Below, piece by piece: positions 1-8,895 of a stretch of DNA of 32,000 bases. Position numbers and translations under genes: made by a program. The notes under the pieces were generated by a model, which searched no databases, had not been told where the DNA came from, and worked only from the letters and a program-made list of their open reading frames with translations. Source of the stretch: Microcystis aeruginosa NIES-2549 (GTDB taxonomy: Bacteria > Cyanobacteriota > Cyanobacteriia > Cyanobacteriales > Microcystaceae); contig NZ_CP011304.1 of assembly GCF_000981785.2 (NCBI RefSeq), positions 1,350,001 to 1,382,000 of the forward strand, in the 5' to 3' direction. Numbering within the stretch: the stretch's first letter is position 1; the number at the start of each line of letters is the position of its first letter.

Positions 1-82
1 TCGCTTTATTAATTTTTATATACAAGTTACCCTAGAGTCTTTACAATTACAAGAGTTTTGTCGGGAAAAAGATTAGGAATGA

Positions 83-260
83 GGGAAGTGGGGAGATGGG
101 GAGATGGGGAGATGGGGTGTGGGGTGTAGGGTGTGGGGTGTGGGGTGTGGGGGGAAATGGGGAGGTGGGGAAATTTCAACTAATACCCCAAAACCCCAAC
201 CTCCAACCCCTCACTGATTACTGATTACTGATCACTGATTACTGATCACTGATCACTGAT
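83..260. repeat. Composite heptanucleotide tandem-repeat module: G-rich GGGGAGA/GGGGTGT array (83-170), C-rich partial complement (186-210), 7 x YACTGAT (212-260)
   Basis: Read directly. At least 12 G3-G6 tracts are separated by 3-4 nt. They are followed by CCCCAAAACCCCAACCTCCAACCCC and then seven head-to-tail 7-nt units (CACTGAT/TACTGAT). The same architecture recurs at 11866-11977 and, inverted, at 4005-4099. Confidence 0.9.
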
Positions 261-348
261 GCTTCCCCTTCCCTAGTCTGGACGGTTAGCTTAAAATAAA
301 TGTAAGGATATGTAAACTTTCGTAACTATCTCGCCAATTGGCTAACCA

Positions 349-1320
349 ATGATCCCAACAACTTCTTTATTCGCACCCGTTGACGATGATCTCCGTCTTT
401 TGACCGATAACTTAAAAAATCTCGTCGGCGCTCGTCATCCCATTTTAGCGGCGGCAGCAGAACATTTGTTCGAGGCCGGTGGTAAACGCGTTCGACCGGC
501 GATCGTGTTGCTGGTATCTCGCGCTACTATGTTAGACCGGGATATCACTCCCCGTCATCGTCGATTAGCGGAAATCACCGAGATGATCCACACTGCCAGT
601 CTCGTCCATGATGATGTGGTAGATGAGGCAGAATTGCGGCGCAGTGTTCCCACCGTTAACAGTTTATTTGACAATCGTGTGGCGGTTTTAGCGGGAGATT
701 TTCTTTTCGCTCAATCCTCTTGGTATCTAGCTAATTTAGATAATTTAGAAGTGGTAAAATTGCTCTCGGAAGTGATTCGCGATTTTGCTGAAGGGGAAAT
801 TCAACAGGGAATTAATCGCTTTGATACCAGTATCTCCTTAGAAGCTTATCTAGAAAAAAGTTACTACAAAACTGCTTCTTTAATTGCCAACAGTGCCAAA
901 GCAGCTGGGGTATTAAGCGAGCAATCGGCCGAAGTTAATCATCATTTATATAATTATGGTCGTGATTTAGGATTAGCTTTTCAAATCGTCGATGATATTC
1001 TCGATTTTACCTCCCCCACGGAAGTATTAGGAAAACCCTCTGGCTCCGATTTGATCAGTGGTAATATCACCGCTCCTGCTCTCTTTGCCATGGAGGAAAA
1101 TCCCTATATAGAAGTGTTGATCGAACGGGAATTTAGTCAGGAAGGAGACATCGAAAAAGCTCTTGACTTTATTCACTCTAGCCAAGGTATTCCTCGCTCA
1201 AAAGAATTAGCCAATCAATACGGTCAAAGTGCCTTAAAACACCTTGACTGTTTAGCTTCTTCTCCCTCAAAAGATGTGTTAATTGAGCTAGTAGATTACG
1301 TTTTGAGCCGAATTTATTAG
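349..1320 (+). CDS. sds: Solanesyl (all-trans-polyprenyl) diphosphate synthase
   Basis: 323-aa ORF with both trans-prenyltransferase Asp-rich motifs (LVHDDVVDE and QIVDDILDF) and the GKRVRP motif. The length is typical of cyanobacterial Sds. Confidence 0.9.
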   Translation: MIPTTSLFAPVDDDLRLLTDNLKNLVGARHPILAAAAEHLFEAGGKRVRPAIVLLVSRATMLDRDITPRHRRLAEITEMIHTASLVHDDVVDEAELRRSVPTVNSLFDNRVAVLAGDFLFAQSSWYLANLDNLEVVKLLSEVIRDFAEGEIQQGINRFDTSISLEAYLEKSYYKTASLIANSAKAAGVLSEQSAEVNHHLYNYGRDLGLAFQIVDDILDFTSPTEVLGKPSGSDLISGNITAPALFAMEENPYIEVLIEREFSQEGDIEKALDFIHSSQGIPRSKELANQYGQSALKHLDCLASSPSKDVLIELVDYVLSRIY

Positions 1321-1862
1321 GGAATAATAGTTCTCGCCGTAGCAATAGTCCAAGCATCGACTAATAATAAAAATAGGGTGAGAATAAAAAGAATTCCATA
1401 CATCCAAGGTTGAGAAAGGGGGCGAATATCAGTCATATCCAAGTTAGTTTTTTCCTCGATTATTTTGACCATGCGATTAAATCCCACTACTCGCATCGGC
1501 AATAAATAGGCTTTTTCTGCGGAGCGATCAAGGAAATAATAAACTAAACCACCCTGTCCCGTACTGCGACATTTAAGTTCTTTTATATCTGTCCAATTTA
1601 ACCACCAACCAGAGCGAAGAAAAGCGGGAAACCATTGGGGATAGGTAACTTGTATCCCTGTCTCTGATAAAATCACCCTTTCACTTAAAGCTCCGTATAA
1701 AGCGATTAATCCTAAGCTAATTCCTACCCAGAGAAAATTGGGATTAACGGGGGAATTAGTGACTTTTGCTAAAAAGGGTAAAGGGATGGTTAACGCCACA
1801 TATAAACTTAATAAAGTTACCCGAATTATTGGTGAAATGCGAAAAGTTGTTGTCTCGTTCAT
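1317..1862 (-). CDS. Hypothetical membrane protein
   Basis: 181-aa ORF with two N-terminal and one C-terminal hydrophobic spans. It has a 4-nt tail-to-tail overlap with sds. No family was recognised. Confidence 0.55.
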   Translation of the reverse strand: MNETTTFRISPIIRVTLLSLYVALTIPLPFLAKVTNSPVNPNFLWVGISLGLIALYGALSERVILSETGIQVTYPQWFPAFLRSGWWLNWTDIKELKCRSTGQGGLVYYFLDRSAEKAYLLPMRVVGFNRMVKIIEEKTNLDMTDIRPLSQPWMYGILFILTLFLLLVDAWTIATARTIIP

Positions 1863-1874
1863 TTGATAACCTTA

Positions 1875-1988
1875 ATCAGTAAACAGTAAACAGTGAAAAG
1901 AAGGCTCCGAACTTGCCACTTAATACTTTAACACTTTAATACTTAATACTGCTCACTGATAACTGATAACTGATCACTGATCACTGAG
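1875..1988. repeat. Short tandem repeats: 3 x AWCAGTR (1875-1895), 4 x ACTT(T)AAY (1918-1947), 5 x NACTGAT (1954-1988)
   Basis: Read directly. The NACTGAT array is the same unit as at 212-260 and 11929-11977, and it runs into the 3' end of the ferredoxin ORF. Confidence 0.85.
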
Positions 1989-2299
1989 TCTCCTTGTCCC
2001 CAAAAACCATCGTATTTAGTAACTTCGATATCACCAAAAACTTTGACTTGACAAGCAAGACGACGGTTATTATCGGGGTTATGGGGAGGTAAAGAAAGAC
2101 GCGCTTTTTCCTGCCAATTGATAGCAGAAACTTCGCCCACAATTGCCACCGCACAGGTTCCACAGCTGCCGATGCCGCGACAATTGATTAACTTGGAACC
2201 GCCGTTATACAAAGAAATGTCATGTTTTAATAATATGCGACGGAGATTTGCCCCTCGATCGCAGGTGATTGTTTGACCGTAAACTGTTATTCTAGGCAT
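1943..2299 (-). CDS. 2Fe-2S ferredoxin-like protein
   Basis: 118-aa ORF with the Cys cluster CRGIGSCGTC plus a distal Cys in RLACQV (C-X5-C-X2-C...C), which fits a 2Fe-2S fold. The last 14 codons are encoded by the heptamer repeat. Confidence 0.75.
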   Translation of the reverse strand: MPRITVYGQTITCDRGANLRRILLKHDISLYNGGSKLINCRGIGSCGTCAVAIVGEVSAINWQEKARLSLPPHNPDNNRRLACQVKVFGDIEVTKYDGFWGQGDSVISDQLSVISEQY

Positions 2300-2361
2300 T
2301 AGGGGCGTGATTTTAAGTGGCTACAGTTATTAATTAATATTAACACCTATTGACTATTTCT

Positions 2362-4002
2362 ATGAACAATGGTAAGCGCATTTGGGTCTATGACACTACT
2401 CTCCGGGATGGGGCCCAGCGAGAAGGTATTTCTCTCTCCCTAGAAGATAAAATTAAAATCGCCAGGGAATTAGATCGGATGGGTATTCCTTTTATCGAAG
2501 GCGGTTGGCCCGGCGCAAACCCAAGAGACGGTCAATTTTTCTGGAAACTGCACGAAGAACCCCTAAAACAAGCAGAATTAGTCGCTTTTTGTTCCACTCG
2601 TCGCCCCCATATCGAGGCCCGGGAAGATCGGATGTTAACCGCCATTCTCGCCGCTAGAACCCGTTGGGTGACAATTTTCGGCAAATCTTGGGATCTGCAC
2701 GTCACAGAGGGCTTAAAAACCAGTCTGGAGGAGAATTTAGCCATGATAGGAGATACGATCGAGTATCTACGCTGTCAGGGAAAACGAGTCATTTATGATG
2801 CCGAACATTGGTTTGATGGTTACAAAAATAACCCCGAATACGCCCTTTTAACCCTCAAAACCGCCAGGGATGCCGGGGCCGAATGGTTAGTTTTCTGTGA
2901 TACCAACGGCGGCACTTTACCCCAAGAAATCGCCCCGATTGTGGAGAAAGTGCGGGAGCAATTGGATATCGATCCTGATAACGAAAATGGGACTAAATTA
3001 GGCATCCATGCCCATAATGACGCGGGAACCGCCGTAGCCAACTCCTTAGCGGCAGTTAACGAGGGCGCACGCATGATTCAAGGCACAATTAACGGTTATG
3101 GGGAACGCTGCGGCAATGCCAATTTATGTACTTTAATTCCCAATCTTCAGTTAAAAATGGGATTTTCTTGTCTAGAAGAAAATCAATTAGGCCGATTGGC
3201 GGGAACTAGCCGAAAAATCAGCGAAATGGTCAATTTAGCCCCAGATGATCATGCTCCCTTCGTCGGACGTTCCGCTTTTGCCCATAAAGGCGGTATTCAC
3301 GTTTCTGCGGTGGCGAAAAATCCCCTCACCTACGAACATATTAACCCGGAAGCGATCGGGAATCAGCGCCGCATCGTCATTTCTGACCAATCGGGGTTAA
3401 GTAATGTGTTAGCGAAAGCGCGTAGTTTTGGCATCGATTTAAATAAAGATGATCCCACCTGTCGGCAAATTTTGGAACGTTTAAAAATCTTGGAAAGTCA
3501 GGGTTATCAATTTGAGGCAGCCGAAGCTAGTTTTGAGTTATTAATGCGGGAAGCTTTGGGACAGAGAAGCCACCTTTTTGAATTAAAAGGATTCCAAGTT
3601 TATTGTGATATGCTCCGGGATAGTGGTAATGCGATTGCAACAATTAAAGTACGGGTAAAAGAGGAAGATTTATTAGAAGTGGCCGAGGGTAACGGGCCTG
3701 TGGCTGCTTTAGATCTGGCTTTAAGAAAGGCTTTAGTCAAATTCTATCCCGAAATTGCTAACTTTCACCTGACCGATTATAAAGTAAGAATCCTCGATAG
3801 TGGTTCGGGGACGGCAGCGAAAACTAGGGTTTTAATCGAGTCCAGTAACGGTCAACAAAGATGGACTACTGTGGGAGTGTCTAGTAATATTTTAGAAGCT
3901 TCCTATCAAGCAGTAGTAGAAGGAATTGAATATGGTTTATATCTGCTGCAAAACAATAAACTAGAATTATCGGGTCAATTTTGTCCTTTGGGAATAATTT
4001 AG
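2362..4002 (+). CDS. cimA: (R)-citramalate synthase (LeuA/HMGL-like family)
   Basis: YDTTLRDGAQ and IEGGWPGANPRD signatures match the CimA-type N-terminus. HAHND is present and there is a C-terminal LeuA-dimer-like region. The ATG is at 2362; an alternative TTG at 2350 opens the tracked ORF. Confidence 0.85.
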   Translation: MNNGKRIWVYDTTLRDGAQREGISLSLEDKIKIARELDRMGIPFIEGGWPGANPRDGQFFWKLHEEPLKQAELVAFCSTRRPHIEAREDRMLTAILAARTRWVTIFGKSWDLHVTEGLKTSLEENLAMIGDTIEYLRCQGKRVIYDAEHWFDGYKNNPEYALLTLKTARDAGAEWLVFCDTNGGTLPQEIAPIVEKVREQLDIDPDNENGTKLGIHAHNDAGTAVANSLAAVNEGARMIQGTINGYGERCGNANLCTLIPNLQLKMGFSCLEENQLGRLAGTSRKISEMVNLAPDDHAPFVGRSAFAHKGGIHVSAVAKNPLTYEHINPEAIGNQRRIVISDQSGLSNVLAKARSFGIDLNKDDPTCRQILERLKILESQGYQFEAAEASFELLMREALGQRSHLFELKGFQVYCDMLRDSGNAIATIKVRVKEEDLLEVAEGNGPVAALDLALRKALVKFYPEIANFHLTDYKVRILDSGSGTAAKTRVLIESSNGQQRWTTVGVSSNILEASYQAVVEGIEYGLYLLQNNKLELSGQFCPLGII

Positions 4003-4004
4003 GG

Positions 4005-4099
4005 AACAGTTATCAGTTATCAGTAATCAGTTATCAGGAGTCAGTTATCAGTTATCAGATTTTTTATCCCCACACCCCACACCCCACTTCCTGCTCCCC
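4005..4099. repeat. Composite heptamer module in inverted orientation: 8 x WATCAGT (4005-4060) plus C-rich CCCCACA array (4068-4099)
   Basis: Read directly. It is the reverse complement of the NACTGAT and GGGGTGT arrays and starts 3 nt after the cimA stop. Confidence 0.9.
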
Positions 4100-4119
4100 T
4101 TTATGGGATTGAATGTTTA

Positions 4120-4644
4120 CTAGGATAATAATCGGGTAACAAAAGAATTTTGCCAACGACGAGCCAAGGCCCGCAGATACATATTAACGGGAAACTGATA
4201 ATATTCGATAATTAACCAGAGTAAACAAATACCATGGCAAATAAAGGTTAAAATCGACCAAAATAGAGGCACCCATGACAAAGGACTCCCCTCGACCGGA
4301 GGAAAAAGATAGGCCCCCGTAGCCACAATTGCTGTGGGAAAAATCACAAATCCTAAACCGATAATTAAGTAAAAACCTGCCATCTCCATTCCTTCTCTCG
4401 GTAAACCCTGCCAATACTTACCATTCCAATACCAAGTTAAGGGTAATTGACTATCGGCCATTTTTAAAACCTGTTGTTCTAAATTAGCAGTAAAAATGTG
4501 TTGACAAAAGTTACAAGCATAGGCTTCCATGAGTGGTAAAGTGGCGATTTTACCATGGCGACAGACGGGACAAGAATAGGTATCGTGATAGTTTAATCGG
4601 GTTGGCTCGGTCATGGTAATGTGAGTGAGAGTAAAAAAGGCCAT
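4120..4644 (-). CDS. Hypothetical zinc-ribbon membrane protein
   Basis: Two CxxC pairs (CPVC, CNFC) are followed by about 3 hydrophobic helices. The start could instead be the internal Met at 4614 (MTEPT). Confidence 0.55.
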   Translation of the reverse strand: MAFFTLTHITMTEPTRLNYHDTYSCPVCRHGKIATLPLMEAYACNFCQHIFTANLEQQVLKMADSQLPLTWYWNGKYWQGLPREGMEMAGFYLIIGLGFVIFPTAIVATGAYLFPPVEGSPLSWVPLFWSILTFICHGICLLWLIIEYYQFPVNMYLRALARRWQNSFVTRLLS

Positions 4645-4678
4645 TGCAGATAATTAACTTTTCCCTATTGATAACTAA

Positions 4679-5143
4679 TTAAGCAAGATTAGAAGGAATT
4701 GTCCCTAGTTTTTGCAGTTGTTTTTCAATATTAGCCTTTAATTGGGTCCGGGAGATTTCTTTTCCTGTTTGAGCGGTGTGTGCATTTTCCAGAAAAATAA
4801 TACTATCTACTTTTTCTACGGCAAATAATTGGAATAAAAGATGGGTTACAGGAATCAGGAGCGTTGATAGGGGGGAATTAGCAGTATTTTCAGCAGATAG
4901 GGCCATTTTTTCCGTAGCAAAGGCATAGATCACCCTTTTTTCCTGTTGCGGCTGCTGCCGATGAGCTAAGGTGGTTAGTAACCAATCACCCTGGCTATTC
5001 TGCACCACATAGTATTGTAAATGTTTTAACTGTCTAGCAAAAGCCGCGAGGACAGGATTAACCGCTTCTTCCATGACCACGGTGGCCAGTCCGTAATTGA
5101 CCGCTTCTCGACTTAAAATATGCAGTTGGGCCTTTAATTTCAT
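4679..5143 (-). CDS. Hypothetical protein
   Basis: 154-aa ORF, co-directional and tightly spaced with its neighbours. No motif was recognised. Confidence 0.45.
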   Translation of the reverse strand: MKLKAQLHILSREAVNYGLATVVMEEAVNPVLAAFARQLKHLQYYVVQNSQGDWLLTTLAHRQQPQQEKRVIYAFATEKMALSAENTANSPLSTLLIPVTHLLFQLFAVEKVDSIIFLENAHTAQTGKEISRTQLKANIEKQLQKLGTIPSNLA

Positions 5144-5207
5144 GGCTAATAATGTCTATAAACTAATCGATGGCGATGACATTCATTTCTTGACTCGGCA
5201 ACCCCAG

Positions 5208-5987
5208 TTAAAATTGTCGTCTTGAAAAGATGAGGATGGAGATACCCAATAATAGACCAGTATAAACGAGACTGTAGAGGGCATTACCCATTAAGACATC
5301 AGCACTAGGCAGCAAACCATAAACGGCCTCGTTTCTAAAATTCAATCTCTCCAAATCTGGGAGAATTAGATAAATATTTTTAGTGATAGCGAGGATATTG
5401 GCATTTTTGCTGATTATACCCAATTGGATCAGATCTTTGCTGATGTGACCCATTAGATAGAACCCAAAAGTCATTAACGTGGCTATAATCGAACTGGTAA
5501 ATACCCCAAAAGTGATCGCCACGGCCGCGATGAGAATTAATTCCAAACCGAGATAGAAAACCGAGACAATCAGGGGTAAAGCTTGAAAAGATACTTTCAT
5601 CCCCAGCAACATCAGCAGGTAAATCACCAACATTACCCCCAACATCACCGCTAAAACCCCGGACAAACCCAAGTGTTTACCGAGGATAAATTCGGCCCGA
5701 CTCAGGGGTTTGGGAATCAAAACTAAAATAGTTCTCTTGTCAATTTCCTTATTAATTAGCTCTGTACCCACAAAAACCGCGACAATTACCCCTAATAACC
5801 CGATAGCGGCTAATCCCAAGTCAAGAAAGATTTTCTCATGGGTTCCCACCGCAATTTCCGGTAATAAACGCCAAGCGAAGGCCATCAATAGGGCAAAAAA
5901 CCCGATAAAGTAAAGAATGCGATCGCGAATAACCTCGCGAAAACTATTAGCTGCGATCGCCCAGATTCTCAGGATGCTGATACCCAT
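5208..5987 (-). CDS. ABC-2 type transporter permease
   Basis: 259 aa with about 6 hydrophobic spans and an overall ABC-2/NosY-like layout. There is no cognate ATPase in the window. Confidence 0.6.
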   Translation of the reverse strand: MGISILRIWAIAANSFREVIRDRILYFIGFFALLMAFAWRLLPEIAVGTHEKIFLDLGLAAIGLLGVIVAVFVGTELINKEIDKRTILVLIPKPLSRAEFILGKHLGLSGVLAVMLGVMLVIYLLMLLGMKVSFQALPLIVSVFYLGLELILIAAVAITFGVFTSSIIATLMTFGFYLMGHISKDLIQLGIISKNANILAITKNIYLILPDLERLNFRNEAVYGLLPSADVLMGNALYSLVYTGLLLGISILIFSRRQF

Positions 5988-6248
5988 AGCTTTTCATCAA
6001 AATAATATCTGTCTTTTCTTTTGAGATTACCCATTTCCGTGGCAAAAGTGGACCTCCTCTAAAAATCAAAAATTGTCGCGGTTGGTTAGCAGTCCCTAGG
6101 GATAACTAGGTATTGTTAAGTTAGCTAAAAAAGCAGCTAATCCTTACTGTTCCAGTGTTACCTTATCTTTGCAGGCAGCTGACTCCTTGGTTTTGTTGTA
6201 GTTGTCCTGAAACTTCCTCACCGTCCCAATCCGCCATCAAGAATAAGC

Positions 6249-6827
6249 CTAGGATAAATTGATCTCTAATAACCCCGGTGGTGGCGTAATCTCGATGCGT
6301 GCCGCTTTCAGATCCACCAGTGGCACAATTTCTTTGACGAAGGGGACCAGGGCCCGGGCCCCTGAGTCGGAGGATGAACTTTTTTTCTTGAGGGGGGCGA
6401 GATTTGCTTCTAGTTGCACTGCTAAAATGTCATTACCCGCCCACAAAATATCCACCACAACCCCGATTTTTTCTCCTGTCAGGTGATGATAAACCTCTAA
6501 GTTTACTAGCTCGCTAACATGATATTCATCCGCTTTTAGGCGAGGTTTTTCTAGTTTATTCGCCCATAATTTATATCCGCGCAAAGCTTCAGCTTGTTCC
6601 CGATTTTCAACCCCCTCTAACTTGATAACATAAACATTTTTTCCCGGTAGCTCACGTCCCCTGAGCAGAGTAATTTCTCGGATTTCTCCCCCCTGGGCCC
6701 CTTGTATTCCCCTAATACCTCGCTTCTCAAAACGTTCGGGAAAATCTGATACCGATAAAACTCGCAATTCTCCCTCCAGTCCCTGGGGTGCTACTATTGT
6801 CCCAATTTCTAGCCAATTTTCTTCCAT
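6249..6827 (-). CDS. rimM: 16S rRNA processing protein RimM
   Basis: The N-terminal signature IGTIVAPQGLEGELRV and a C-terminal PRC-barrel-like segment (ILVPFVKEIVP..VDL) are present. The length is 192 aa. Confidence 0.85.
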   Translation of the reverse strand: MEENWLEIGTIVAPQGLEGELRVLSVSDFPERFEKRGIRGIQGAQGGEIREITLLRGRELPGKNVYVIKLEGVENREQAEALRGYKLWANKLEKPRLKADEYHVSELVNLEVYHHLTGEKIGVVVDILWAGNDILAVQLEANLAPLKKKSSSSDSGARALVPFVKEIVPLVDLKAARIEITPPPGLLEINLS

Positions 6828-6977
6828 TGTCTCGACATTTTTTGCTATAGCTTTCCCTAGTATATAGCCTTTTTTGTCTCGCTCCTAGATTTTAAAAGTC
6901 TTGGTAAGGTAAAATTTTTAGTTGACCTCTACTCCTGACCATTTTTTGACTTTTTACTGGTGACTTTTTACTGAATT

Positions 6978-7775
6978 ATGACTATTTGGCAAGCGGATTT
7001 TTATAAATCTTCATCTTCTTCCCCTCTTGGCACAGTCTGGCAATTGTTAATTTTCGATCCTCTCGGTCATCTTATTTATGAAAATTCCTGTCCCCAATCC
7101 CAAGCTAATAGTGACTGGTTAACCCAACAGTTACAGCAAGCTTGTCAAGTCTCCTCCCCAGAAATTATCCAAGTTTTTCGCCCCCAATGCGCCAATTTAT
7201 TTCTCCTCGCTGGTCAAAATTTACAGATCAAAATCGAGTTAACCCGTCACGTTAATGCCCTGAAAAAACAGCTAGAATTACGCCAAATCCCCATCAATAT
7301 CGACTCTCCTCCACCGCAACCCCTACCGGAGCAATTTTTAGGTCAAGAGTGGCGTTTTGCTCGTTTTCCCGCCGTTGATTTAGTTAATTTTTTTGGCGAT
7401 CGCCGAATACCGATTCTTTCCCTACCAGAGGCCTTTTCTCCTTTAAAATTAGGTTTAGCCTCCACTTTAATGATCCCCGGTCTGGTTATTACCGGTGGTA
7501 AAAAATCTCTTGCCATCGCTCGTTGGCTAGGGGAAATTAACCCAGTATTTATCGATCATATTCCCACAGAAAGGGGGCGATCGGGCGGTTTAGTCTTGGA
7601 ATCGGGCCTAAATGAGCGTTGGATTTTTCTCACCTATGAGGATGAAGAAGTGGCCCAGGCAGCCAATGCTTATCAGGCAACCAAAGAGGAAAGCCAAGGT
7701 TTGCACTTTCTCCTCATACAACCGGATGATTCCGGTCGCACTTTTACCGGCTTTTGGCTACTGAAGCAAGTTTAA
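6978..7775 (+). CDS. Tab2/ATAB2-like RNA-binding protein (DUF1092 family)
   Basis: The N-terminus WQADFY...WQLLIFD resembles the family signature as I remember it (W-E-x-DFY ... WELLICD). The size is about 265 aa. This call rests on recollection only. Confidence 0.5.
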   Translation: MTIWQADFYKSSSSSPLGTVWQLLIFDPLGHLIYENSCPQSQANSDWLTQQLQQACQVSSPEIIQVFRPQCANLFLLAGQNLQIKIELTRHVNALKKQLELRQIPINIDSPPPQPLPEQFLGQEWRFARFPAVDLVNFFGDRRIPILSLPEAFSPLKLGLASTLMIPGLVITGGKKSLAIARWLGEINPVFIDHIPTERGRSGGLVLESGLNERWIFLTYEDEEVAQAANAYQATKEESQGLHFLLIQPDDSGRTFTGFWLLKQV

Positions 7776-8558
7776 CCCCCAAGCTGTCCCCAAGAGGCAG
7801 AGAATGCCGGCTAAACCCGCTAAAGGTTGGTTATAGATACCTTTAACCCAAACTAACCCAGAATCGCTGTAAGACATCAATTCGGCACTGTCTAGCAAGG
7901 CCAATCCCCATACCCAACCGCTATGAAGTCCCCAAGCTAATCCTAAACTACCATGATCGATCGCCCGCGCCCAGACCAGAACCATGCCCATCAGAAATAA
8001 ACCGGGTAGTTGCGGCAGCGTTTGCTGACGTTCCCAAAGCAGGTGCAGCAGGGCAAAAATTAGGCTAGAAATGGCTCCCGCCACCCCAAAACCGTATTCT
8101 TGGCTTAATTGGCTCAAAAAGATGCCCCGAAAGATTAATTCCTCGGTAATACCCACCCAGAGGGCCACTATCAACAGGGGTAAACTCAAGGAAAAAGCAC
8201 GAGTTAGATTTTTGGGCTGCCAATGTACCCAGGTCAAAATCCCCTCTAGAAAAAAAATTATCCCTAATCCCACCACTGCCAAGATTAATCCTTTAGTTAG
8301 GGAGATAAATAGGGAAAATGACCAAATTAATCCGTAATTATCGAGGCTGCTCCCCTCTATCTTGAATAATCCCCAGATAACTAAGGGAGCCAAGGCGTAA
8401 AGAGAGGCCACCAAGGGCAATTTTTGGTCAGGTTTTGTCCCTTGCAGCGGTTGCCATCCCAAACGACTCCCTAAACCAATGGCAATGGGCAGCCAGAGAA
8501 TTAACCAGGCTAACAGGAAAATAATAATTTTTATTAAGGCGGTAATCTCCATTGTCAA
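7758..8558 (-). CDS. CPBP family intramembrane glutamic endopeptidase (CAAX protease-like)
   Basis: Polytopic membrane protein with EELIFRG (EExxxR) and FALLH (FxxxH) motifs. It has an 18-nt tail-to-tail overlap with the Tab2-like gene. Confidence 0.8.
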   Translation of the reverse strand: MTMEITALIKIIIFLLAWLILWLPIAIGLGSRLGWQPLQGTKPDQKLPLVASLYALAPLVIWGLFKIEGSSLDNYGLIWSFSLFISLTKGLILAVVGLGIIFFLEGILTWVHWQPKNLTRAFSLSLPLLIVALWVGITEELIFRGIFLSQLSQEYGFGVAGAISSLIFALLHLLWERQQTLPQLPGLFLMGMVLVWARAIDHGSLGLAWGLHSGWVWGLALLDSAELMSYSDSGLVWVKGIYNQPLAGLAGILCLLGTAWGLNLLQ

Positions 8559-8826
8559 TTAGGTGTTATGGAAGTGGGGTGTGGGAAGAATAAATAAAAA
8601 TAATCTCCTGTCTCGGAGTCTCCTGTCTCCTGATGGCTAAAACAACAAACCCTCTAGGGACAGAATAACAGTGGAACTTTGCTCTGGTAAAGCCTAGCTC
8701 CAACAAAAATCTATCCTTAGGGGGTTGCGAAAAAGAAGAAAAAGTGCTTGAATAAAACCCCTCAAGTTGATGAAAGAGGCGGTCAGGGGTTAGAATTGGG
8801 GATAAGAATCTATATTGTCTTTTTGG

Positions 8827-8869
8827 TCGGTCTTGTCAAAACTAGCCCTTTTGACTGCCGATTTTTTTT
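8827..8869 (+). terminator. Intrinsic terminator-like hairpin followed by T8 (plus-strand polarity)
   Basis: TCGGTCTTGTCAAAA-ctagccc-TTTTGACTGCCGA is followed directly by TTTTTTTT (8862-8869). No annotated plus-strand gene lies upstream. Confidence 0.5.
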
Positions 8870-8895
8870 ATCCTTATCCCTACTCCGTAACCTAT

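Noticed and set aside
1317-1320. Tail-to-tail gene overlaps (sds/membrane ORF 4 nt; Tab2-like/CPBP 18 nt at 7758-7775)
   Set aside because: These are real but ordinary compact-genome features. Nothing suggests a special function.
6941-6975. Tandem 13-nt duplication TGACTTTTTACTG x2 immediately upstream of the Tab2-like start
   Set aside because: It is a short AT-rich duplication in a divergent promoter region with only a single occurrence. I cannot distinguish a regulatory site from slippage.
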